Part shown: one piece after another, positions 36,650 through 45,098 of the stretch | Numbering within the stretch: position 1 is the first letter of the stretch | How the letters are laid out: every line of letters begins with the position of its first letter | DNA from: a virus | Lineage: Duplodnaviria; Caudoviricetes | DNA: 64,000 nucleotides | Direction: 5' to 3' (one strand) | Virus record (IMG/VR): IMGVR_UViG_3300037247_001786 | Coordinates: 1-64,000 of that record | Position numbers and translations under genes: made by a program | Notes under the pieces: generated by a model | Told to the model about the DNA's origin: nothing | The model's input: only the letters and a program-made list of their open reading frames with translations | Database searches by the model: none

Positions 36650-38436
36650 GAATACCTTATTACCTTTTCCGCTTCTGGAAATTTTCGCTGTAACAATTGT
36701 TGTAAAAATTGAGGAATTTCTCTAAATCTGCTCATCCCTTCATGAGGAGACATAATAGAGATAATTTTTTCACTAGGGCTATATCTTCCTGTATATAACT
36801 TATCTAAGCCAGAATCGAGTCCCCAATTTCCTCTAGACCTATGAGTCTGATCCGTTCCAGTTTCTGGTCTTGTTTCTATCTGCCCGTTATTATAAACCCA
36901 CATTATATTAGGATTATTAATAGAATAATTCTCATTTGGTTCGTGTCCTAATGCTTTATTTTGTTCTTTATAATAAATATCATGGCCTATGCCTGTATAG
37001 AATCTTTCTTTTCCTTTTAAATCTTTAGAATCCATTACCTCTATTTGTTGTGCTATTTTATACCAGTTTTTACAAGAAGAATAACTAAAATCAAATGACG
37101 TTTGTCCTTCAGGCATATATATTAATTTTAACATATGTTCTGCAAAACTTTTTATAACAGGAGCATTTTCTCCATAAGAAGAAGCATTATCTCTTATCTC
37201 TCCTTTTAATATATTTATTAATTCCTTAAGACCAGGTTTTTCTCCACCATAGCCGTCAGATCCTTCTATGGTTGACAATAACTCTGTATCTATCCAACTC
37301 GAATGCCAACTTATATCTTCCGCATTTTTTGGACCATATTCATAAGTCATAGTTTCAAAAATTATACCCATCAATCTACCTATATCAAGATTGTTAGACC
37401 ATTCAATAAACTCATCTGATTCTGTTCCTTGTAGCCCATAATCTCCTGCTAAATAATTTTTATAATTATCTTGTTCACTTGTATATCCATTTTGTAAATC
37501 CTTCAATTGTTCGGCAATAGTACTTAAATCGCCCCCAATATCCCACTCAGAAGTAGAAGTCCCACCAAGTCTTTCAGGAGTATTTTTGCCATACTCTACC
37601 CATTCCCTTATCATATCTCTATGTTCTTCATCAGGAGTACTGTTAGAATTGCCTTGTATCTGCTCGACAATTTTCCCAGTCCCATCTGTCTCTATTGTAG
37701 CTTTAGGATTATTTTGAGGGTCCCTTAAAGAATAAATAATACTTTTTTCGCTAATAACATCTTGACAATAATCACCGACACAATGATTCATCATATTTCC
37801 TTCTGCTAACAAATCATTCTCACTTATAACTTTTTGGATAGTCCATCCTTGCCACTTCTTATCATTTTTCCATTCTGGACCAAAGACTATTAGTTCAGAT
37901 TTAGTAGGCTCGTATTCTTTTCCTGCACCTTTACCAGCCATCATTCTATGCCACTCAGCAGATGCGTCGATCGCCTGTTCTAATGAGAAAGAAGCAATAT
38001 CAGCTTGATTTTGAGACCTAGTATACCAGTCATCTATTTCCTGGATTACATTAGTGTTAGAACCATAATACCCATATGTAATAAAATCTATATAATCTTG
38101 AAAATCTTCTGGAGAAAGTTGATTTTCTGGATCCATCGAACTTTTTCTTATTTTTTTAAATTGTACTAATAACCATTTTGAAAAAGAAGAATCATATCGA
38201 TTTGCAATATTTTTTTCTGTAGGCAAATAAGGGTCTATTTGTTGTGGAGATTGGAACTGTTGAAGTTGTTGTAAGTTTAAAGATGGATTTTTTCTAAATT
38301 CATTAGTTAATATTTGTCCGAAATTAGGATCTAAAGAGCTAATATATTGCACAATATCTGGGGACGCTCCGAGGCTTTCCAAATAACCTAGCATCGCTGT
38401 CGCTTGAGCAAATATATTTTTAAGATACCAATTCAT
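36646..38436 (-). CDS. MNWY-tag PcfJ-like multidomain protein; paralog of 2105..3811
   Basis: N-terminal ~60 aa nearly identical to the 2105 ORF; EGNMMNHCVGDY; internal KNWYKIAQ. Confidence 0.7.
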   Translation of the reverse strand: MNWYLKNIFAQATAMLGYLESLGASPDIVQYISSLDPNFGQILTNEFRKNPSLNLQQLQQFQSPQQIDPYLPTEKNIANRYDSSFSKWLLVQFKKIRKSSMDPENQLSPEDFQDYIDFITYGYYGSNTNVIQEIDDWYTRSQNQADIASFSLEQAIDASAEWHRMMAGKGAGKEYEPTKSELIVFGPEWKNDKKWQGWTIQKVISENDLLAEGNMMNHCVGDYCQDVISEKSIIYSLRDPQNNPKATIETDGTGKIVEQIQGNSNSTPDEEHRDMIREWVEYGKNTPERLGGTSTSEWDIGGDLSTIAEQLKDLQNGYTSEQDNYKNYLAGDYGLQGTESDEFIEWSNNLDIGRLMGIIFETMTYEYGPKNAEDISWHSSWIDTELLSTIEGSDGYGGEKPGLKELINILKGEIRDNASSYGENAPVIKSFAEHMLKLIYMPEGQTSFDFSYSSCKNWYKIAQQIEVMDSKDLKGKERFYTGIGHDIYYKEQNKALGHEPNENYSINNPNIMWVYNNGQIETRPETGTDQTHRSRGNWGLDSGLDKLYTGRYSPSEKIISIMSPHEGMSRFREIPQFLQQLLQRKFPEAEKVIRYS

Positions 38437-38444
38437 ATTATTTT

Positions 38445-38666
38445 TTATAGCAAATCAATCTTACTTTGCAAGTTATTTTTCATCGCTACTGTTTTCGTTT
38501 TCATGCCCTCAAACTGGGTCTTCCGTTCAGTATTACCGTTAGTTTCAGCATTTGCAATTTTGGTATTAAGTTTTTGTATTCTTGCGTTCATATTAACTAT
38601 CCTACCTTCTGCATCTGCTTTGCTCATTGCGTTGACTATTTTTCCATTTACTATTTCAAAACTCAT
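38445..38666 (-). CDS. Small coiled-coil protein
   Basis: RBS AGGAG; helical heptads. Confidence 0.65.
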   Translation of the reverse strand: MSFEIVNGKIVNAMSKADAEGRIVNMNARIQKLNTKIANAETNGNTERKTQFEGMKTKTVAMKNNLQSKIDLL

Positions 38667-38732
38667 AATTATTCTCCTATTGGGCTATATTTAACTTTAT
38701 TTTTTAATTGTGCTATTTTATACTAGTTTGTA

Positions 38733-39137
38733 TTATTCTAAATACCATTCTTCATTTTCTTGGGTGTCTATTATGTTTGAAATATTTACAGTTCCTATAT
38801 CTAATATTGCATATACAGTGCTCGCTATACTAGATGTGTATTTATTATCAGATATATTTTTAAAGATAACTGCATCGTGACCCGCATTTTTAGCATTATT
38901 AATAATATCTTTTTGAGGCACTGTTATCCACGATTCTCCTTGAGCGTCCAACATAAACGGATTATTAAGATTAACAGATATTTCATAAATATATCTACCA
39001 TATTCTTCAGCAGCAAATACATCGTCTGTGAGGAATAACGCATCTCCCGTTTCAGAACTATTAATATTTAAATTATCACCTCGATAGTTAGAACCATGAA
39101 AAAGAGTAATATTTTGTGCTATTTTATACCAGTTCAT
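38733..39137 (-). CDS. MNWYK-tag ADP-ribosyltransferase-like (ART-PolyVal-like) protein
   Basis: LFHGS...ALFLTDD..AAEEYG..IYEISVNLNNP...GHDAVIF. Confidence 0.6.
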   Translation of the reverse strand: MNWYKIAQNITLFHGSNYRGDNLNINSSETGDALFLTDDVFAAEEYGRYIYEISVNLNNPFMLDAQGESWITVPQKDIINNAKNAGHDAVIFKNISDNKYTSSIASTVYAILDIGTVNISNIIDTQENEEWYLE

Positions 39138-39145
39138 AGTTATCT

Positions 39146-39436
39146 CTAGAAATTCATTTTCTCTCTCATTTGATCTACACTTTTATTATATCTTGTTTGA
39201 TTGTTAAGCAGTTCCGTATTCGCAAAGTCTGTAACTGGGTCAAGATAGGTGGATCCGCATGAACTACATCTAGGGATAGAGCTAGAGCTTCTTTCTCTTC
39301 TTGATAAATTAGTAAATTCTCCGCAAGTATCGCATTTATATTTATAGATACCAAATTGTCCAGCTTCTTTTTCCATATATCTAATGGTTTTTAGTATTTT
39401 CATATCTTTACCTCTAATTAAAAATGTTTTATACAT
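39146..39436 (-). CDS. FmdB-like zinc-ribbon protein
   Basis: YKYKCDTCG...PRCSSCGS. Confidence 0.65.
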   Translation of the reverse strand: MYKTFLIRGKDMKILKTIRYMEKEAGQFGIYKYKCDTCGEFTNLSRRERSSSSIPRCSSCGSTYLDPVTDFANTELLNNQTRYNKSVDQMREKMNF

Positions 39437-39560
39437 TTATTTACCGTTTTTTGCTTCTTTTCCTCTATTTTAGTTGAGTGGAGGAAAAGTAATATATTTC
39501 TCGGAATACTTAATTAATGTCGATATATTTAATGATAAGACTTAAAGAATAGAGGAAAAT

Positions 39561-39899
39561 ATGATTATATTTTTTATATCATTGATAATATCATTGCTAT
39601 TAGCATTTGGAATGGCAATAGCCCTTGTAGAGAAGGGAGATGACTTTCCTATTAAATTTTGGAAGGATAAGTTAAAAGTAGTATTAGGAAAAGTTCATTC
39701 TAGAATGCCAGAGATGTTAGAATGCACAACTTGTACGAGTTTTTGGGCAGCATTGATAGCAGATATTGTATTATGTATAGTTAATATTTCATTATTTGGG
39801 ACATTCTATTTTTTCTGGCCTTTCAGCGGAATTATAATTTTAGGGATCACTTGGTATGCAATAGAACACTTAAATGCTATTGATTCAAATGGAGAATAA
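39561..39899 (+). CDS. Membrane protein with CxxC (DUF1360-like)
   Basis: Three hydrophobic segments; LECTTCTSFW. Confidence 0.55.
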   Translation: MIIFFISLIISLLLAFGMAIALVEKGDDFPIKFWKDKLKVVLGKVHSRMPEMLECTTCTSFWAALIADIVLCIVNISLFGTFYFFWPFSGIIILGITWYAIEHLNAIDSNGE

Positions 39900-39901
39900 T
39901 T

Positions 39902-40762
39902 ATGAAAGATATTATCAAAATAACATTATTAGTAGGTTTATTATCTTTATGCGGATGTGACTTATTTCAGCCAACCAAACCTAACGAACATTTGGCAAAC
40001 GATGTTACAAAAGTTACAAAAGTTATCAATATAAGTGCAGATGATATTCTCGCATCAGCTACAAAAATAGATGAGAAAGTAATAGATATCAAACAAGAAA
40101 CAAAAGTTGCTACTCCTTCAATGGCTATTATCGAAAAAAGTGCAGACGATATTTCAACTGAAAGCTCCAAATTAAAAGAGACAAGTAGGAATCTGTCTAA
40201 AGCAGGAGTAAGATTAGAGATATCTGGAAAAACAATAGATGGTTATTATAAGCGTATAGCCGAAACAGAGAAAGATAATGAAAAATTGACAAAAGAGAAT
40301 ACCAAATTAAATGAAGATATGAAATCCGGTTTAAATAAGATGCTTAAATGGATAGTAGGGGGATGCGTCATCGGAGCAGGAGCCTGTGCTGCAATGGCTT
40401 TATTTTTCGGAAATATTAAAGGTGGATTATTTGGAGCAACAACTTGCATTATTGTAATGGTTTTAGCTATTGCGGTAGGTCAATATATGATATATATAGC
40501 CATTGCAGGAATACTTGCAATAATTGCAACATTAGGAGTTTTAGGATATCAATTATTTGTTCAAAGAAGAGCTATATCAGATAACGTATGGACTCAAGAA
40601 GTAGCTAAAAAACATATGTCTTCTGACTTAAAAGAGAAAATCTATGGAGATGGTAAGAAGAAAGGAAAAGCTGGTATCATACAATCTGCGACCACTCAAA
40701 AAATAGTTAAAAATATTAAAAACAATTTACCTAGAGGATGGAAAGTCACGAAGGAGGACTAA
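39902..40762 (+). CDS. Putative lipoprotein with coiled coil and C-terminal TM helices
   Basis: Lipobox-like LSLCGC, long coiled coil, 2-3 TM segments. Confidence 0.6.
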   Translation: MKDIIKITLLVGLLSLCGCDLFQPTKPNEHLANDVTKVTKVINISADDILASATKIDEKVIDIKQETKVATPSMAIIEKSADDISTESSKLKETSRNLSKAGVRLEISGKTIDGYYKRIAETEKDNEKLTKENTKLNEDMKSGLNKMLKWIVGGCVIGAGACAAMALFFGNIKGGLFGATTCIIVMVLAIAVGQYMIYIAIAGILAIIATLGVLGYQLFVQRRAISDNVWTQEVAKKHMSSDLKEKIYGDGKKKGKAGIIQSATTQKIVKNIKNNLPRGWKVTKED

Positions 40763-41261
40763 TTCCTACTGACTTAACAATGTTTATTAGCCATTCTTTA
40801 TCCTTATCGGTATAGCCAAATCTTTCTTGATTAATGTCTAATGACTTAAAGATACATCCATCTGAGTGACGAGTAACAGCCGCTATCCAATCAGCTATCA
40901 TCTCAAATTTATCAATCTCACTCATATATTTATATCCATCTTTGATGTTATAGTATTGAGGATGATGAGGGTTTCTTTTATAATGCAAATTTATAGAAGG
41001 CTTAATTGATCTCAAACTTTTTATATACCCTTCTGATCCATAGGTTAATCCTTTAAGGTCAAATATCACTTTAGCGAAGGCTTTAGCTTCTGACCATCGG
41101 TATTTACTGAGATCATGAGACAACCCTCTCCTATACAGTTTCCATTTATCTTTAAGCTCTATATTATTATTAATAATATCAACGATATTTATAAGAACTT
41201 TAATTTTATGAATAGTTGTTTGGATTATATGCCAAATATATCCTGCTACAAATTTAAACAT
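40746..41261 (-). CDS. DUF5662-like HD-type protein
   Basis: HK...HDLSKY...E...HY..NPHHP...EMIADW. Confidence 0.65.
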   Translation of the reverse strand: MFKFVAGYIWHIIQTTIHKIKVLINIVDIINNNIELKDKWKLYRRGLSHDLSKYRWSEAKAFAKVIFDLKGLTYGSEGYIKSLRSIKPSINLHYKRNPHHPQYYNIKDGYKYMSEIDKFEMIADWIAAVTRHSDGCIFKSLDINQERFGYTDKDKEWLINIVKSVGISPPS

Positions 41262-41272
41262 TTATTTTACTC

Positions 41273-42733
41273 TCAATTAAAAAACTTTGGATTCCTGATA
41301 GCTAGCATAGTGCATCTTGCCCCTAAACTTGTTAAAGCTCTATAATATTCTTCTGATAAATGGTCTTTAGAATATTCATGACCAAACTCATGAATACATA
41401 GGTCAATAACTTCTTCTATATTATTAGGAAAATCTTCAAAGAAAGATTTTTTCAATCGAGAAATATTAAAAGTTAATCCCGTCGAGGTGCCATACCAGGC
41501 AACGGCTCTTTCTGATGGTAAGCGTATAGCTTGGACTTTAATAAAATCCCCTATAAGCTCACAAGCTAATTTTCCAGCAAACCTCAGCACTTGTTGTTGT
41601 TTTTCTGATAATGAGTCAAAAGGAATAGGAGGCTCTCCATCTGGTGAAGATTTTATTTTATGTGAAGGGGTCACTTGTCCCGCAGGTAGAGCCGCTCCAC
41701 AACGCTTCACATTTGCCCACTCCTGCTTGGAAAGGGACTTGCCTGGGATAACTGCATACCCTTCACTAACAGCCTTCTTATTGGCTTCTGGGTCGCTGGG
41801 GTCGAAGATGACCCTTTTCTTGCCAAACCTCATATCAAGAGATGTTATTATCGCATCATCGGAGCAATTTTCATTCGAAGTAGCCTCCTTAACCCAAGTG
41901 CTATTTATCTCTTCTGTGTCTAACAGATTGAATGTTCTATTAAAAACTTCTGTTCTAATCGTCTTTAAATATTTAGGCGTAACATTATCTCTATCCATAT
42001 TTAAAGGTACTTTTTGTTGAACATCTATATGGTACTTATCTCCTTCCAATTCTACAACTGGTATTCCCATTTCATAAATGGAAGGTATCTCTCCCTCTTT
42101 AGGCTCATAAATATTTACAACGGTTTTGCGAATAGTCTTTTTGAGATTTCCATTTTCATCGCTTATCTCTGTAGGAAGGGGAATTGTAAAAGAAGCAAGA
42201 GGGACTCTTTGCTCTAGTTTTACGTCATTGAAAGTAGTGACAATTCCTTGAGGAGGAATGACTTTATATACTGCGTCGCAAACCTCTGAGAATTCGGCTC
42301 TTGTCATTTTAACCAGTATATCAATATATGAACCTTTCTCGGTACGAATTTTATTATTTCGACGCATACCGTTCTTGTCAAAAAATATCGAGCCTGTCGT
42401 AGACTTTATCGTAGCTCCATCACTAATCGCTAAGACTAATTTCTCTCCGAGATTGAAACGCCCTCTCTTTGAAGGATCTGATTTCTTTTCAGATTCGGCA
42501 AAAAGAGTAAAAGCATGAGATAAATCGGAGAATCCTTTCGGGTCATCATCACGAATTGTAATCATAACCCTCGGAGTATTCTTAATGGTGTTTATCCACA
42601 ACTCCACCTGAGTAACATTTTGGTCCCAAGAATTCTGGAGCAATTCATAGACGATAAATGCTTTCCCCTTCCTTTGCATTAATTTCGCGAGACCCTCTTT
42701 ACTAACCTCAAACCAGTTACTTTTTTTTGCCAT
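41273..42733 (-). CDS. GHKL (HSP90/MORC-like) ATPase fused to a C-terminal HExxH domain
   Basis: YELLQNSWD, DDDPKGF, RGRFNLGEK, GSYI; C-terminal IHEFGHEY. Confidence 0.75.
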   Translation of the reverse strand: MAKKSNWFEVSKEGLAKLMQRKGKAFIVYELLQNSWDQNVTQVELWINTIKNTPRVMITIRDDDPKGFSDLSHAFTLFAESEKKSDPSKRGRFNLGEKLVLAISDGATIKSTTGSIFFDKNGMRRNNKIRTEKGSYIDILVKMTRAEFSEVCDAVYKVIPPQGIVTTFNDVKLEQRVPLASFTIPLPTEISDENGNLKKTIRKTVVNIYEPKEGEIPSIYEMGIPVVELEGDKYHIDVQQKVPLNMDRDNVTPKYLKTIRTEVFNRTFNLLDTEEINSTWVKEATSNENCSDDAIITSLDMRFGKKRVIFDPSDPEANKKAVSEGYAVIPGKSLSKQEWANVKRCGAALPAGQVTPSHKIKSSPDGEPPIPFDSLSEKQQQVLRFAGKLACELIGDFIKVQAIRLPSERAVAWYGTSTGLTFNISRLKKSFFEDFPNNIEEVIDLCIHEFGHEYSKDHLSEEYYRALTSLGARCTMLAIRNPKFFN

Positions 42734-42800
42734 TTTCTATTCCTTGTTTAAAAATATTATATATTCTTATAAAAACAAAAAATATACACTCTGGCAAAAT

Positions 42801-43580
42801 TTAGACATTCGACCTTCCGAAACTTGGAGGAATACCTTTTTTGTGCATAGATACTTTAATCATCTTCTCCACTTTTGAAATCTTATCGATATTAAATTTG
42901 TCCAATTCGGAGGAATTCGGAGTAAGCAACGCTTTAAGTATCTCGTCAAGTTCCGAGTAAGGCATACCTAGTTCTTCTTCATCTGTTTGCCCATCCCAAA
43001 GGTCAGCGGAAGGAGCTTTAGTTTTCACGTTATTAGGGATTGCTGTCATTAATTCAGCCATTTGATATACTTCGGTTTTAAAATACATACCGATTGGCTC
43101 AATATCAACTCCTCCATCACCATATTTGGTGAAATACCCAACCATCAATTCTGAAAGATTACCAGTTCCAGCTACAAGATAATTATTAGCCCCTGCAAAA
43201 GCATATAGAGCTGTCATTCTCAATCTGGCTTTGATATTGGCTAGAACAAGACTATCAACGTTCGTTCTTGTCATTTTAATACCTTCGGCGAGAAACCCAA
43301 CAGGCTGTCTTAGCTCTACTTTTTCAAATCTTATCCCAAGATTTTTAGCAAGTTCCTGTGCGTCATCTTTCATATCTGCTCTTGTTTGGCATGGAAGAGA
43401 AACTCCTATTACATTCTCTTTTCCAACTGCTCGAACTGCAAGATCAGCAATAACAGAACTGTCGATGCCTCCGCTGAGTCCCACTATGAACCCTTCGGCA
43501 CCCGCATCACTTGCATAATCTTTCATCCATTGTGCTATGTTATCTATCTCGTTTTGATAATTCATGTTTTTCCTTTTCAA
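42801..43580 (-). CDS. nadE: NH3-dependent NAD+ synthetase
   Basis: VGLSGGIDSS, NIKARLRM, GTGNLSE..VGYFTKYGDG, KTEV, APSADLW.GQTDE.ELG. Confidence 0.95.
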   Translation of the reverse strand: MKRKNMNYQNEIDNIAQWMKDYASDAGAEGFIVGLSGGIDSSVIADLAVRAVGKENVIGVSLPCQTRADMKDDAQELAKNLGIRFEKVELRQPVGFLAEGIKMTRTNVDSLVLANIKARLRMTALYAFAGANNYLVAGTGNLSELMVGYFTKYGDGGVDIEPIGMYFKTEVYQMAELMTAIPNNVKTKAPSADLWDGQTDEEELGMPYSELDEILKALLTPNSSELDKFNIDKISKVEKMIKVSMHKKGIPPSFGRSNV

Positions 43581-43589
43581 AATATATTT

Positions 43590-44006
43590 TTATTTTTTGC
43601 CAAGCATAATTTCTATTGCTTTTTTACCAGTATCAGAAGTAAATACACAAGATATGTCTTCTATCTTTTTTAAAGTATCTCTTCTTCCTTGCTCCATGCC
43701 TAACTGAAGAGCAATTGAGATTATTACTTCAAAGGCATCTCTTTGATTCTCTCTAGAATATGAAAGAGAGTCAGCATGTAGTGCATCCTGAGGATCGAGA
43801 GCAACATGATTACATATTTTTCCTTGTTCCAATCCCTTCCATTCGATACCATCTTCGTAAACTTTCTCTCCTTTATCTATTGCAATTTGCAAAGCCTCCC
43901 TAACTTGAGAGATGAGACTGTCAAATATGACCATCTCATTGTTAGAAGGCCATTTATATGCTTCTGCTGTAATTGGAGAACCTCGTTCATCTACTTTATT
44001 ATTCAT
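43590..44006 (-). CDS. Hypothetical protein
   Basis: Co-oriented ORF. Confidence 0.65.
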   Translation of the reverse strand: MNNKVDERGSPITAEAYKWPSNNEMVIFDSLISQVREALQIAIDKGEKVYEDGIEWKGLEQGKICNHVALDPQDALHADSLSYSRENQRDAFEVIISIALQLGMEQGRRDTLKKIEDISCVFTSDTGKKAIEIMLGKK

Positions 44007-44013
44007 TTCTTTT

Positions 44014-44655
44014 TTACCATGTCTTAATTTTTAAAGTATCTTTTTCTCTGTAGTAACCTTTTACAGTGTCATATTCATGGTCTGTATCTGCCCATATATT
44101 TTCAGACATTAAACCGATATGATTTTCCATATCTTCTTTTTTTATCTGCCCTGCTTTAATGGCTATTTCCATAGCCTCTGCCCTATCTACAAATTTATGT
44201 TCCGAGGTAAGAAATCCTTGTGTTTGCCCGAGCTTTTCGAAATATCCTTTAGGGGCTTTTTCAAATATTGCAGGATGATCTCTATCGATAAGTATATTCC
44301 CACCATCTGTTTTAATAGCTGCGTGGATTATTTCTAAGATATTTATTTCTTTCCAGTAGTCTTTAAATTCATGTTCAGATTGTAGTATATCTTTAATCTC
44401 TCTTTCTTCATATTTATCAACCCACCTCGACCAGTAATGGTCGATTTTTTCACCAGCCAGTGCCCATTTTAAATCATTAAAAACCAAAGAAAATAAATGG
44501 TTCTGATGGTTTTTCAATAAATCAGAACCATCTTGATGATGTTCCCAACAATTATGTATCCTTGCAACTGTGAACAATAATTTATTTTTCATTATATTCA
44601 TTTTATTTCTTTTCCGTTGTCCCGTCACTAATTCCCGTATCTTTGAGGAACTCAT
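44014..44655 (-). CDS. Phage hypothetical protein (true start probably downstream of 44655)
   Basis: C-terminal QGFLTSEHKFVDRAEA...AGQI...SENIW motif typical of phage hypothetical proteins. Confidence 0.6.
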   Translation of the reverse strand: MSSSKIRELVTGQRKRNKMNIMKNKLLFTVARIHNCWEHHQDGSDLLKNHQNHLFSLVFNDLKWALAGEKIDHYWSRWVDKYEEREIKDILQSEHEFKDYWKEINILEIIHAAIKTDGGNILIDRDHPAIFEKAPKGYFEKLGQTQGFLTSEHKFVDRAEAMEIAIKAGQIKKEDMENHIGLMSENIWADTDHEYDTVKGYYREKDTLKIKTW

Positions 44656-45007
44656 CTACATTATCAGAGACGATACCTTTTCCAGATTCTAACTCTTCTA
44701 TAGCTTTTTCTGTTACTTCTTTTTCTTTTAGCTCTTTCATATCAATGTTCTCCGATATTATCGTTTTATATTCTTCTTCTGTTATTTCGGTCATCCCCTC
44801 TGCCGAAGGTGAATAGTAATGAGGATTATAATCTTTAAGATTTTTCCACTCTACTCTCCATTTTCTAGGAGTTTTTTCGTCATCAGGTTGGTATTTCGCA
44901 AGGAATTTTTCAGGCTTTTTACTTCCTCTATATATCAATTCTTTGTATCCATAAAAAGGAGCGTGTCCTCCTGTTTCAAATCTTTCTTTAAGATACCAGT
45001 ATGTCAT
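44603..45007 (-). CDS. Hypothetical protein
   Basis: ORF downstream of the promoter at 45047-45074. Confidence 0.6.
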   Translation of the reverse strand: MTYWYLKERFETGGHAPFYGYKELIYRGSKKPEKFLAKYQPDDEKTPRKWRVEWKNLKDYNPHYYSPSAEGMTEITEEEYKTIISENIDMKELKEKEVTEKAIEELESGKGIVSDNVDEFLKDTGISDGTTEKK

Positions 45008-45046
45008 ATTTCATTCCTTTAAAATTTATTAACTTTTCATAGTTGT

Positions 45047-45074
45047 ATTCTACCAAAATAAAAATCACTTTCAA
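45047..45074 (-). promoter_or_regulatory. Sigma70-type promoter upstream of the 45007-to-nadE gene run
   Basis: TTGAAA gtgatttttattttgg TAGAAT. Confidence 0.6.
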
Positions 45075-45098
45075 CCAAAAATTCTCAATTCTTTTAAC

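Noticed and set aside
44603-45007. MTYWYLKE as another MNWYK tag
   Set aside because: It lacks the Asn and the AQ, and sits behind a sigma70-type promoter in the metabolic block.
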